Source: Christensenella sp. UBA5489 (GTDB taxonomy: Bacteria > Bacillota > Clostridia > Christensenellales > UBA1242). Taken from it: a stretch of 50,564 bases of DNA. The position numbers and the translations under genes were made by a program. Below, piece by piece: positions 22,639 through 32,176 of the stretch (position 1 is the first letter of the stretch; the number at the start of each line of letters is the position of its first letter). Under the pieces are notes generated by a model that searched no databases, was not told the DNA's origin, and worked only from the letters and a program-made list of their open reading frames with translations. The DNA is taken from positions 15,765 to 66,328 of the forward strand of contig DIPL01000013.1 of assembly GCA_002424095.1 (NCBI GenBank), given 5' to 3'.

Positions 22639-25506
22639 ATGAAAAAATTTATGGTATACAGTTTCACTTTTGTGCTTTTCGCAGTTTTTGCAGCAGCTGC
22701 TTTTTGGCTTGGAGCTATGCAAGATTTAAGGCTTTTGGAAGATAATCTTCAAACGCCTGCGGAACAACTGAAAGAAGAAAATGAACTTATTCCACTTGCC
22801 GATGAAGAGCAGATTGTTTTTTCCGAATCGTATTTTTATGGAATGGAGAAAGCTTTCGCTGATTTGCCTGATAGATATAAAATGGACGAATATTCACTTT
22901 TCACAGTAGAAAACCAATCGTCGCTTGGAATGTGTTGGTCGTATGCATCTACCAAAGTTTTGGAAACATTTATTGCGAAAAATTTTAATGAATATTATAA
23001 TTTTTCCGAAGCTTGGACAAGCGTAACAACCAAAATTGATTGGCCTGGTTATACTGTAAGTGGAGGCGGAAACTGGTATTTATTCGTTTATGGAATTAAC
23101 GAACGCGGTTTAATGTTAGAGGCTGACTTCCCATATGAATATGCTTATAATCTAGGAGAAAACAATTATATGGAGTTTTATGAAGCATATAAAGATTTAG
23201 CAGACACAAGTTTAATAACTGACTTAAAATTTAAATCAATTGCAGATTATAATGGTTCATTGGTTTCTCCTGAAGAAAGAACAAATAGAATTAATTATTT
23301 GAAAAAATATGTTCAAAATTTTGGTTCTATATATTGTTCGATAAATGCTGGAGACATAAAAACTAACTATAACGATAACACTTATTACATAGGAAATGTT
23401 ACGCCAACTTATTCAAACCACGCAATTTCAATAATTGGTTGGGACGACAACTATACAGCGGGAGGTTTAACGGGAGCTTGGATTTGCCACAACAGTTGGG
23501 GAGGGAGCTATACGCCAATTTATGTAATGTATGATGATGCAATGGTGAGTCGAGGCTGTGGATTTATTGATGAAATTTGTTACAATGGTCATTTAATAGA
23601 TGTAAGCAACTGGATGGATGACCTTTTGGGTTATGATAAAATAATTTTAGAATCTTCTAATTCAAATTTTATAGATTACAATATTGTTGATAATTCTGAA
23701 CTTGCAAAGAATTTGTTTAGTTATACTGAAAATCCTGAATTTTTTAACAGTTTGACTTATTCGTATAAAAATCCTATTTATGACAATGCTTTAATAGATA
23801 TTAAAGTTTCAAATGCAGGCGGAGATATAACTGAGAATTTTGATTTTGAATTTCAATTAGAAAATAGAAAATTCACAATTACTTCACGCAATGCAGGCTT
23901 AAACCACGGCACATATAAAGTTCATATTGTCGTTGATTATGATGGCGATGGAACGATTGACGAAGAAAACAAAAAATGTTTTGTTATCATTTCTGGTGGA
24001 GAACTAGGACATGTTTATTCGCAATTTAATGATGCGAAAATGGCACTAATGCATAATTATAATTCATTTAACCTAAGCAGTGGAAAGGTAAATATAATGG
24101 GCTATTCAAAGGTTTCTTATGTTAACTTTAACATACATTTTCCACTTAACAGTAAGATAGCATCATTTGAAGTTGAAAGTGAAAATTCATATTATTCAAA
24201 TAAATCGCCTATATACGCAACAAAAAACACGTATGCACGAGGTTATCTCAATCTTTATACTTATACATATAAAGAGGGCTTTACAAATGCAACATTAAAA
24301 ATTACGACTATTGACGGATACACTTTCGATTATGAAATTATAATCTATACATTTGCGAAAAACGATAATGTAAAATTTGTAAGCGCAAATTATATTCTCA
24401 ATGGCGGTGTCAATGATGAAAATAATAATAGAACAATATATATAAACGAAAATAGCAAAGGCACACACGGGAAAGTTTATATAAATGAGCCTAGCAAAGA
24501 AGGATACAATTTTACTGGATGGTATTTTGACGGCGACTTCACAAAAAAAATATCGCAAGATGAAAATGGATATTACATAACCTATAATGATGTAAAAGAT
24601 AAGATAAACGGACAAAATTACGTAAACAACAATAATAGAAATTATGTAATGCTCTATGCTGAATGGGAAAGAAGTCTCGAATATTTCGAGCAACCACAGG
24701 TTATGACAGAGGGTGGCTCGGTAACTGGAATAGTAGAAAACGGTCGAATTAGATTTACGGTTAAAGCAGATGTTAACTTTGAACTTGACTTTGTAACCTT
24801 AAATGATGAAATCTTTTCAAAAGACGAAATATTATATAAAAAATATGGGATTACAGAGTTTTATACAGATAATCCAGAACTTATTATACGCATTTACTTC
24901 AAAGAACTCACATATCGTCTTACACTTGTTGGCGAAAATGAATGTGGATTTTTAAGATTTGAAGGTTATGATGCTGATGTTCGAACCTTGGTTTTAAAAC
25001 CAGCGCAACAAGTTTTAGTTAAATCAATAGCGTCTTTTAGGTTTGTGCCAGCAGGCTGGGGATTTCAAGGGACATGCCATAAGTTTGAAAATGAGCTTAA
25101 TTTGGCAGGGGGACAGGTTTTACTTACAGCCAAAGAACGCGGATATGAAAGCGGAGAGATGAAAGTTGCAGGTCTATTTAATGAAAAGAATAGAGATGAT
25201 TATGCCGAAATCAGAAAACCGATAATATACGATTTAAATGGCGGACAGTTTCCTGAAAATGCAAATAATCCATATTATTTCACAAAAAATACAACCAATT
25301 TTAGAATAACAAACCCAGTGAAGCCAGGTTATAAATTCGCTGGTTGGTCATATAGCAATTTTATGTCACATTACGTACATATTAGTGAAATTTCTGCCAA
25401 GGAGAATAAAGGCGAGAAAGTTAGAATAATATCAATACGCAAAGATTTTTATGGGAATTTATGGCTTACCGCTAACTGGGTAAAAGAGAATTCATTTACT
25501 AAATAG
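22639..25506 (+). CDS. exported papain-like (C1 family) cysteine peptidase with InlB B-repeat (Flg_new)-like domains
   Basis: N-terminal signal/anchor; NQSSLGMCWSYA, NHAISIIGWDD, WICHNSWG; two YxLNGG...PxKxGYxFxGW repeats. Confidence 0.85.
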   Translation: MKKFMVYSFTFVLFAVFAAAAFWLGAMQDLRLLEDNLQTPAEQLKEENELIPLADEEQIVFSESYFYGMEKAFADLPDRYKMDEYSLFTVENQSSLGMCWSYASTKVLETFIAKNFNEYYNFSEAWTSVTTKIDWPGYTVSGGGNWYLFVYGINERGLMLEADFPYEYAYNLGENNYMEFYEAYKDLADTSLITDLKFKSIADYNGSLVSPEERTNRINYLKKYVQNFGSIYCSINAGDIKTNYNDNTYYIGNVTPTYSNHAISIIGWDDNYTAGGLTGAWICHNSWGGSYTPIYVMYDDAMVSRGCGFIDEICYNGHLIDVSNWMDDLLGYDKIILESSNSNFIDYNIVDNSELAKNLFSYTENPEFFNSLTYSYKNPIYDNALIDIKVSNAGGDITENFDFEFQLENRKFTITSRNAGLNHGTYKVHIVVDYDGDGTIDEENKKCFVIISGGELGHVYSQFNDAKMALMHNYNSFNLSSGKVNIMGYSKVSYVNFNIHFPLNSKIASFEVESENSYYSNKSPIYATKNTYARGYLNLYTYTYKEGFTNATLKITTIDGYTFDYEIIIYTFAKNDNVKFVSANYILNGGVNDENNNRTIYINENSKGTHGKVYINEPSKEGYNFTGWYFDGDFTKKISQDENGYYITYNDVKDKINGQNYVNNNNRNYVMLYAEWERSLEYFEQPQVMTEGGSVTGIVENGRIRFTVKADVNFELDFVTLNDEIFSKDEILYKKYGITEFYTDNPELIIRIYFKELTYRLTLVGENECGFLRFEGYDADVRTLVLKPAQQVLVKSIASFRFVPAGWGFQGTCHKFENELNLAGGQVLLTAKERGYESGEMKVAGLFNEKNRDDYAEIRKPIIYDLNGGQFPENANNPYYFTKNTTNFRITNPVKPGYKFAGWSYSNFMSHYVHISEISAKENKGEKVRIISIRKDFYGNLWLTANWVKENSFTK

Positions 25507-25530
25507 TAAAAATATACAAAAACATAAAAC

Positions 25531-25565
25531 ACAAGAGTCTGCGTTTGCAGGCTTTTGTTCTTTTT
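25531..25565 (+). terminator. intrinsic terminator
   Basis: ACAAGAGTCTGC-GTTT-GCAGGCTTTTGT followed by T run. Confidence 0.7.
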
Positions 25566-25640
25566 ATGCAAGTGAATTTATGATTTTTAATTGTTTTATT
25601 TATATTTAATTTGTATAATTTAAAAATAGGTTAAAAAATT

Positions 25641-26627
25641 ATGAAAATAGGAAAAATTGATTTTTCTTCAAATTTATTTCTAGCGCCAATGGCTGGCGTA
25701 ACTGATTTTGCCTTTCGTTCTATTGCACGTGAGTTTGGTGCAGGTTTTTCTTATACAGAAATGGTGAGCGGTAAAGGACTTGTTTTTTCAAAAAAAAGAG
25801 AAGTTTATAAACAAATGCTTTATAATCTTCCAAATGAAAGTCCAGTCGCCGTTCAACTTTTTGGAAGTGAACCTGATGTAATAGTGCAGGCTTGCCGCCA
25901 TCCCGACATACAAAAATTCGATTGTATAGATATAAATATGGGTTGCCCTGCGGTGAAAATTGTTAGAAATGGCGAAGGTTCGGCACTTTTGAGAAATTTA
26001 AAACTTGCAGAAAAACTTGCAAAAGAATGTGTAAAAGCAGTCGCCCCTAAACCTGTAACAGTTAAAATGCGTATTGGCTTTGAAAATAATTCAAATGTCA
26101 GTTTAGAATTAGGAAGAATGCTTGAAAATGTCGGCGTTAGTGCAATTTGTCTTCACGCAAGAACACGAGACCAGTTTTATTCAGGAAGTGTAAATTATGA
26201 AGCCATTGCGAATTTAAAAAGCAAATTAAAAATTCCTGTAATTGGGAACGGCGATGTGGTTGATTTGGCGTCTTATAAAAAAATGTTGGAAACCAAAGTT
26301 GATGCCGTTATGATTGGTCGTGGAGCATTAGGAAAACCTTGGATTTTTGAACTACTTTCAAACGAATTGAAAAACGAAAAAACAAATAAAGATAAAAATA
26401 TAAACATAAGTATATATGAAAATAATAATAAAAAAGAAATAATAAAAAAACATTTCATATTGCTTGAAAAGATTTACTCTGAAAAATTTATTATAAATCA
26501 TATGAGAAAGCATTTATTATGGTATGTTAAAGAAATACCGTATGCTGTTAAATTAAGGCAGGAACTTTGCAAGATTGAATCAAAAGAGCATGTTTTTATG
26601 CTTATTGATAAAATTTTTGCGGATTAA
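25641..26627 (+). CDS. dusB: tRNA-dihydrouridine synthase B
   Basis: LAPMAGVTD, VQLFG, IDINMGCP, LHART, IGNGDV, VMIGRGALGKPW. Confidence 0.93.
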   Translation: MKIGKIDFSSNLFLAPMAGVTDFAFRSIAREFGAGFSYTEMVSGKGLVFSKKREVYKQMLYNLPNESPVAVQLFGSEPDVIVQACRHPDIQKFDCIDINMGCPAVKIVRNGEGSALLRNLKLAEKLAKECVKAVAPKPVTVKMRIGFENNSNVSLELGRMLENVGVSAICLHARTRDQFYSGSVNYEAIANLKSKLKIPVIGNGDVVDLASYKKMLETKVDAVMIGRGALGKPWIFELLSNELKNEKTNKDKNINISIYENNNKKEIIKKHFILLEKIYSEKFIINHMRKHLLWYVKEIPYAVKLRQELCKIESKEHVFMLIDKIFAD

Positions 26628-26646
26628 TTTTTTAAGAATCAATCAA

Positions 26647-27754
26647 CTATTCATTACGATTAATAGATGTTAAATATGTGGTAATGAAATCTTCAATTTC
26701 GCCATTCATAACAGAATTTATGTCGCTGGTTTCATAACCGGTTCGATGGTCTTTAACCATAGTGTATGGCTGAAAAACATAAGAACGGATTTGACTCCCC
26801 CACTCGATTTTTTTTATATCTCCCCGAAGTTCAGCGGCGACTTTAAGTTCGTCTTGTTCTTGTTTTTCAGCAAGTTTGCCATACAACATTTTCATAGCGG
26901 TTTCTTTATTTTGTGTTTGCGAGCGTTCATTTTGGCAAGAAACAACGATGCCCGTTTTTAAGTGCGTTATTCGAACGGCGCTATCTGTTTTATTGATATG
27001 TTGCCCACCTGCACCACTAGCACGATAGGTGTCAATTTTTAAGTCCTCGGGACGAATTTGAATTTCGGGGGCTTCATCAAGTTCAGGCATAATTTCAAAT
27101 GATGAAAAACTTGTGTGGCGACGAGCATTTGAATCAAAAGGAGAAATTCGAACAAGTCGATGTACTCCTTTTTCAGCCTTTAAATAGCCGTAAGCATTTT
27201 CACCTTCCACTAAAAAGGTTATGCTTTTAATTCCCGCTTCTTCCCCATCAAGCATATCTAAAATTGTTGTTTTGTAACCTTTTTTTTCTGAGTACATTGA
27301 ATACATACGATAAAGCATTTGTGTCCAATCTTGTGCCTCTGTGCCACCAGCCCCTGCGTGCAATGTGATAATTGCATTTTGTGCATCGTATTTTCCTGTA
27401 AAAAGTGTTTGGATTTTTAATTTGTGTAAAAAAGTATCAAGTTCACTCAACGAATTTTCTAATTGTAATGAAAGTTCTGCATCAGGAATTTTGCTTTGTT
27501 CAAGAATTTCAATTATTAATTGACAGTCTTCAATTTTTGCCGAAGTGTCTTTTATAAGTTGTAATTTTCCCTGAGCAATTCTAAGTTTTTTTCCGTTTTC
27601 TTTAACTTTTTTTATATCTGAAAAATCTATATTTGCCTTTGAGCAAGATTCAATTGTTTTTTCTAGTAAATCTGGGTCAAAGACAACCTCTTATAAATAA
27701 AAAATTTTCATTTATTTGATTTAATTTTTCTTTTTGAGTTTCTAACATAATCAT
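26647..27754 (-). CDS. prfB: peptide chain release factor 2, translated via +1 programmed frameshift (about 368 aa)
   Basis: SPF and GGQ motifs; 25-codon upstream ORF from ATG 27754 ends AGA GGT TGT CTT TGA C; the +1 frame is open from 27678 to the stop at 26647. Confidence 0.96.
27676..27691 (-). promoter_or_regulatory. prfB +1 frameshift signal
   Basis: internal SD-like AGAGGT followed by CTT TGA C. Confidence 0.95.
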
Positions 27755-27851
27755 TTTCAATATTTCCTTTTTATATATTTATTTAATTCTATAAAACATA
27801 ATTTTAATTAATAAAAATAAATTTTCTTACATTGAACTTACAGTCTAAATG

Positions 27852-27890
27852 AACAAAGGAATTGAAGTCTATTTTATCAATTCCTTTGTT
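27852..27890. repeat. 14-bp perfect inverted repeat just 3' of tRNA-Glu
   Basis: AACAAAGGAATTGA ... TCAATTCCTTTGTT. Confidence 0.8.
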
Positions 27891-27899
27891 AGTTTAGTA

Positions 27900-27974
27900 T
27901 GGTGATCCCGAGGGGAATTGAACCCCTGATTCCGCCGTGAAAGGGCGGTGTCTTGACCTCTTGACCACGGGACC
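27900..27974 (-). tRNA. tRNA-Glu(TTC)
   Basis: GGTCCCGTGGTCAAG...CCGCC CT TTC AC GGCGG...GGTTCAATTCC...GATCACCA; CCA encoded. Confidence 0.96.
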
Positions 27975-28005
27975 ATTTATTTAATAATTTCTTTTGTTGA
28001 TTTAA

Positions 28006-28082
28006 TGGTAGCGGTGACTAGATTTGAACCAGTGACCTTACGAGTATGAATCGTACGCTCTAACCAACTGAGCTACACCGCC
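28006..28082 (-). tRNA. tRNA-Met(CAT), elongator type
   Basis: GGCGGTGTAGCTCAG...TACGA TT CAT AC TCGTA...GGTTCAAATC...CCGCTACCA; paired 1-72, no GGG/CCC anticodon stem. Confidence 0.93.
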
Positions 28083-28113
28083 AAAAAACAATATTTCTTT
28101 TACATACTTTTTA

Positions 28114-28142
28114 AGTATACATTAATTTAAAAAAATTGTCAA
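28114..28142 (-). promoter_or_regulatory. sigma-A promoter of tRNA-Met/tRNA-Glu
   Basis: minus strand TTGACA-17nt-TATACT. Confidence 0.75.
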
Positions 28143-28284
28143 TATGTTTAATAAAATTTACTTTATGATTTTAATTAGAAATTAAAGAATGTTATTTAAA
28201 CTGATTGTCTTATGACATTCTGAAACCTTTAATTTTTCAAAATTTCAAGATTATTTTTTATCCAAACTTCAAAAAATAAATAAA

Positions 28285-29043
28285 TTACAAACATAAACCT
28301 TCGGAATTGGATGGGGCATAATCGTATTGCATTAAGCAGTTTGGCACATATTCACTCTGATTTTGTTTCTCATAAAATTTTGCAATTTTATCAAATTTTT
28401 CACAAAATTTTCCAGATTCAATTGGCATTGTTCCCCGTTCTGCCAGTTTTTGATTTATTGTATGTATGTTTCGGTCATTTCCATCCTTAAAGAAGTCGCT
28501 GTCTCCTGTAACGACATAAAGATCGACAAAAGCTGAACTCAAAATTGTTGCCTGTGCCATTACTCTTGCATCGCAACTTGGTCTGCCATAGTGTTTTGAG
28601 AAAATTGGAGAAATTTCTTTTACTTTACCTTTTTTGTCCCGAACTGTTTGATAGCGTGAGTACATAGTTGCAAGCCACATAACTTCTTCATAATATTTCT
28701 GTTCTTTTTCAGGTTCAGGGGCGAAATTTACAATATAAATATTAGACTTAAATTCTTCCAAAAACTCGTCATATCCAAAATTTTCAAATTTAGAATATTT
28801 ATTTTTTAACTTTTGTGTAACTTTTTCAATTTCTTTTAAAACAATTGGTAAGATTATTATATTAATTTGCTGTTTCCTTAACAAATCTAAAATTCTGTTA
28901 ATAGTTTTTTTATTATATTTTGCAGGAACATTTGGCATTATTCCTTTTTGTGTGTTGTATGATATTAATAAATTTATTATAACATTTGTATCAAAACATG
29001 CAAAGATTGAAGGATTTTGATTTTTTTGTTTCGAGGATGCCAT
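28285..29043 (-). CDS. PIN domain protein (putative ribonuclease toxin), ends SEGLCL
   Basis: FDTNVII, PIVLKEI, CDARVMAQA, VVTGDSDF acidic PIN active-site pattern. Confidence 0.75.
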   Translation of the reverse strand: MASSKQKNQNPSIFACFDTNVIINLLISYNTQKGIMPNVPAKYNKKTINRILDLLRKQQINIIILPIVLKEIEKVTQKLKNKYSKFENFGYDEFLEEFKSNIYIVNFAPEPEKEQKYYEEVMWLATMYSRYQTVRDKKGKVKEISPIFSKHYGRPSCDARVMAQATILSSAFVDLYVVTGDSDFFKDGNDRNIHTINQKLAERGTMPIESGKFCEKFDKIAKFYEKQNQSEYVPNCLMQYDYAPSNSEGLCL

Positions 29044-29435
29044 TATTTTGACCTCCTTGAACCAATTGTTTTCAAGCCAAGATGCGAAGCGAATTTGCCT
29101 GCGTTCTTGTCAAGTTCGATAAAATATTCTAAAATGTCTTCGTCGGACAATGTAGCGAGATTGCGGTCTGTCTCGTTTCTGATTTCTTTTATCAGAGAGA
29201 CAACATCTAAACACCCATCTGAATCAAAATGATTAGATGAATTGTTTTGCGCGCAATTTTGCGAGATGTCTAGTTTATCTGACATATCATTTAATTTCGA
29301 ATCATTTGCAGCGATTGAATTTTTCGCTGTATTTAATTTATTGCTTAAATCTTTTTCTTGCGACATTTTGATTTCAGATTGATTTGTCGCTCGAAAATTT
29401 TCTGTTGTTTTATCCTCTTTGGTTTGCAATTCCAT
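29043..29435 (-). CDS. hypothetical protein, candidate antitoxin/immunity partner of the PIN protein
   Basis: stop overlaps PIN start (TAATG); helical C-terminal half after a low-complexity N-terminus. Confidence 0.65.
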   Translation of the reverse strand: MELQTKEDKTTENFRATNQSEIKMSQEKDLSNKLNTAKNSIAANDSKLNDMSDKLDISQNCAQNNSSNHFDSDGCLDVVSLIKEIRNETDRNLATLSDEDILEYFIELDKNAGKFASHLGLKTIGSRRSK

Positions 29436-29561
29436 TTTTTCTTTCGCCTTTTAATTTCTTATTAGAAAAGATTATCTTTTATGAAAATAAAAACAAAAAT
29501 TAAATTTGGATGTCAACATACTCTTATGCCCGTTTGGTTTTTAAATTTTTATAATTGCTAT

Positions 29562-29590
29562 ATAATAACACAAAATCAGTATATTGTCAA
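29562..29590 (-). promoter_or_regulatory. sigma-A promoter of the two-gene PIN operon
   Basis: minus strand TTGACA-17nt-TATTAT with TG extension. Confidence 0.7.
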
Positions 29591-29747
29591 TAAATGTCGA
29601 ATTTATATGACAAGATTGTCGATTTTAAACAAATAAAATTATAAGTATTAATATTGTTTTTTTGGATAAGTCGTAAATTTCTTATATAAAAAAAATATCT
29701 ACCTAACTAAAATTATATAAATTTTTAATTAAGTAGATATATTGATT

Positions 29748-30221
29748 TTAAAGATGGGGTTCAGGATTTCCTTTTTCAAATTTTAATGCTTCGGATTCGG
29801 GGCTTACCGTTCCAAAGACATTGAGTTTATATGTAGCGAAAAGTTCGTTGTTTGATAATTTTATACCAGAATGCAGAATGTGCGAACGGTCATATACCTT
29901 TTCCTCTCCGTTTTTTTCAAAAACATTTATAATTGCTCTTTGTTCGTCTAAAAAGGGAATAAATGTTCCACCTTTAAGACTGATACCTTTAAATGGCTGG
30001 ACTTGGGATAGCACTCCCTCGCTTGAAAGTCTATCATTGGAAATTTTGGCACTTCTTAAATATTCCACGCGAACAGTTTGCCCAATAAGAGATGATAGCT
30101 CTTTATATTCTTGCTTACTTCGTTTCAATGTAAAGTCGGTCATAATAGAATTTGCTACCTGTTGCAATCCTGCAAAGGCTTGTTGCAATTCTTCATCTTC
30201 TTCAATGTCAAAAATTTCCAT
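29748..30221 (-). CDS. hypothetical protein (orphan, ends GNPEPHL)
   Basis: 157-aa ORF, GGGAAG RBS, TTGACA promoter upstream. Confidence 0.75.
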   Translation of the reverse strand: MEIFDIEEDEELQQAFAGLQQVANSIMTDFTLKRSKQEYKELSSLIGQTVRVEYLRSAKISNDRLSSEGVLSQVQPFKGISLKGGTFIPFLDEQRAIINVFEKNGEEKVYDRSHILHSGIKLSNNELFATYKLNVFGTVSPESEALKFEKGNPEPHL

Positions 30222-30344
30222 ATATACTTCCCATGCCTTTTACTTTTGTAATTGTTTTATGATTTAAATTAAAATATACATTCGTTATTCTATATTTAAT
30301 ATATAACAAAACAATACTTATTTGTCAAACAATATACGAAAATT

Positions 30345-31349
30345 TCAAAGGTCTTTGGCAATTTTTATAATTTTATTCAGTCTATAATTAAGTGTATTTC
30401 GAGTTATTTTCTCAGTTGAAAGTTTTAAAAGTTCACTAAGACTTTCTTCTGGATTTGCAATTCGGAGCAAAGCAACTGATTGCAATTCGGGTGGAAGTGC
30501 ATCAATCCCAATTGAACTTGCGATGTTGTCTAGTGCTTCAATTTGTTTCAAACTTGCGTCCACAGTTTTACTTATATTTGCATTAAGGCAATTTGTTTGT
30601 CGATTTATTTTGTTCCGCAACTCTCTCACAGCAAGTTCATTTTGTAATTGTAGCACACTGTCGTAAGCCTCAACAAGTGCCAATAAATCACTTACAGCAG
30701 CTGACTCTTTCAAATATAAAACATAATGATTTTTTCGTTTTATCAATCGTGGAAAAATATTAAATTCAGCGAGCAGATTGGAAAATTGTAATAAAAAATC
30801 GTGAGAATTAGAAATAAACTCTATGTCATAACCACTTCTATTGCGAGCATTTGAAATCTTTTTTAAGTCCGCTTTGTTTTTGCTTAAATCTTCTTCATTA
30901 TTAAAATTAATTCCACTAGTCGCTGAACCAACAAAAACGCCTTTAATATAACTTTTTTTACAACAAGCATCTTTAACTAAATGGTCGTCGATTTGTCGAA
31001 CTTTAAAGTTTTTTGTTTCATCAACAAGTCCAATGTCTGAAAGCATTGCACTTGCTAAATCTTGCGTAAAAATTATATGGTAAGTTTTCTTTGTTTTTTT
31101 TATGTTTGAATTATTTGAATCAAACATCGAACAAGTTGGGGCAATTCCATAAAGTTGAATGGAGATTTTTTTGCAAAATTCAAAAGCATTTGAAATTTCA
31201 GTTGTTATAGTGATTTTTCTTATTTTTTTATTTTGAAACTTGAATTTACCTGATGCGTTAATAAGTCCACTTAAAAAAGCAAGACCGCAACAATCATTTG
31301 TAAGCGTATTTTTTAAAATTTGTTTTTTGGTTTCTTTTGCAAATCCCAT
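30345..31349 (-). CDS. whiA: DNA-binding cell division protein WhiA
   Basis: SYIKGVFVGS, YVLYLKE, RNKINRQTNCLNANISKTVDAS, RIANPEESLSEL, LNYRL. Confidence 0.92.
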   Translation of the reverse strand: MGFAKETKKQILKNTLTNDCCGLAFLSGLINASGKFKFQNKKIRKITITTEISNAFEFCKKISIQLYGIAPTCSMFDSNNSNIKKTKKTYHIIFTQDLASAMLSDIGLVDETKNFKVRQIDDHLVKDACCKKSYIKGVFVGSATSGINFNNEEDLSKNKADLKKISNARNRSGYDIEFISNSHDFLLQFSNLLAEFNIFPRLIKRKNHYVLYLKESAAVSDLLALVEAYDSVLQLQNELAVRELRNKINRQTNCLNANISKTVDASLKQIEALDNIASSIGIDALPPELQSVALLRIANPEESLSELLKLSTEKITRNTLNYRLNKIIKIAKDL

Positions 31350-31366
31350 ATTAATTCTCTTTATTT

Positions 31367-32122
31367 TTATTTTAAATCTTTGTTGAATTTTTTAAATATC
31401 GGAACTTTGTCCCAATTGACAATTTGCTCTTTTGGAACTTTATATTTTTCAACTGCTTCAAGAGCATTTCTAAAACAACCTATTCTTTTCGGGCAATGAG
31501 CATCTGAATTTATAACTAAATCAACTTTTTCTTCAATTAAAATTTCAAAGTCTGATGGTGATAAAAAATTGACTTTATATTCGTTGAGTTCAAAAAACGT
31601 ATGAGTTTGTTTTGCCTTTTTTGCGACTTGTCGAACATCAATCGGAAACTGATAGTTTAAGTGTGTTAAAATATCTATTGGATATTTTTCCATTGCAGCT
31701 AGTGTTATGGCGGTATTTTTTTGTTTTACTCTTTCGGAAACATATCTTCCTAAAACTATATTTGGCAATAAATAAGTAAATTTATCTTTAAGCGAACTTT
31801 CCACAAATCTATGATGCCCAACAAGCACTATATCAAGTTGTTGTAAATCACTTTGCGAAATGTCCACTTCGCCTGTCGTAGAAATGAAATTTGCCTCAAT
31901 GCCAAAGTATATTTTAATCTCTGTCTTTTTTTGTGCCTCATCTATATCAGCACGAATTTTTGGAATGTCACGGTGTTTCATTGAAAAGAAAGAATGTCCG
32001 AATCCGTGGTCGGTTATTGCAATTTCTTTAAGTCCTTTTTTTTGGGCATTTTCAGCGTTTTCGAGAATTGTCCCAATGCCGTGGCTATATCGAGAGTGTA
32101 TGTGGTAGTCTGCAATTATCAT
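31367..32122 (-). CDS. PHP domain phosphoesterase
   Basis: ADYHIHS, AITDHG, GIEAN, NSDAH; start moved to ATG 32122 behind GGGAGA. Confidence 0.9.
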   Translation of the reverse strand: MIIADYHIHSRYSHGIGTILENAENAQKKGLKEIAITDHGFGHSFFSMKHRDIPKIRADIDEAQKKTEIKIYFGIEANFISTTGEVDISQSDLQQLDIVLVGHHRFVESSLKDKFTYLLPNIVLGRYVSERVKQKNTAITLAAMEKYPIDILTHLNYQFPIDVRQVAKKAKQTHTFFELNEYKVNFLSPSDFEILIEEKVDLVINSDAHCPKRIGCFRNALEAVEKYKVPKEQIVNWDKVPIFKKFNKDLK

Positions 32123-32176
32123 TAAATATCTATCTCCCAGTTTATATGAAATATTATTTCCAAAGTTTTTCAAGAA

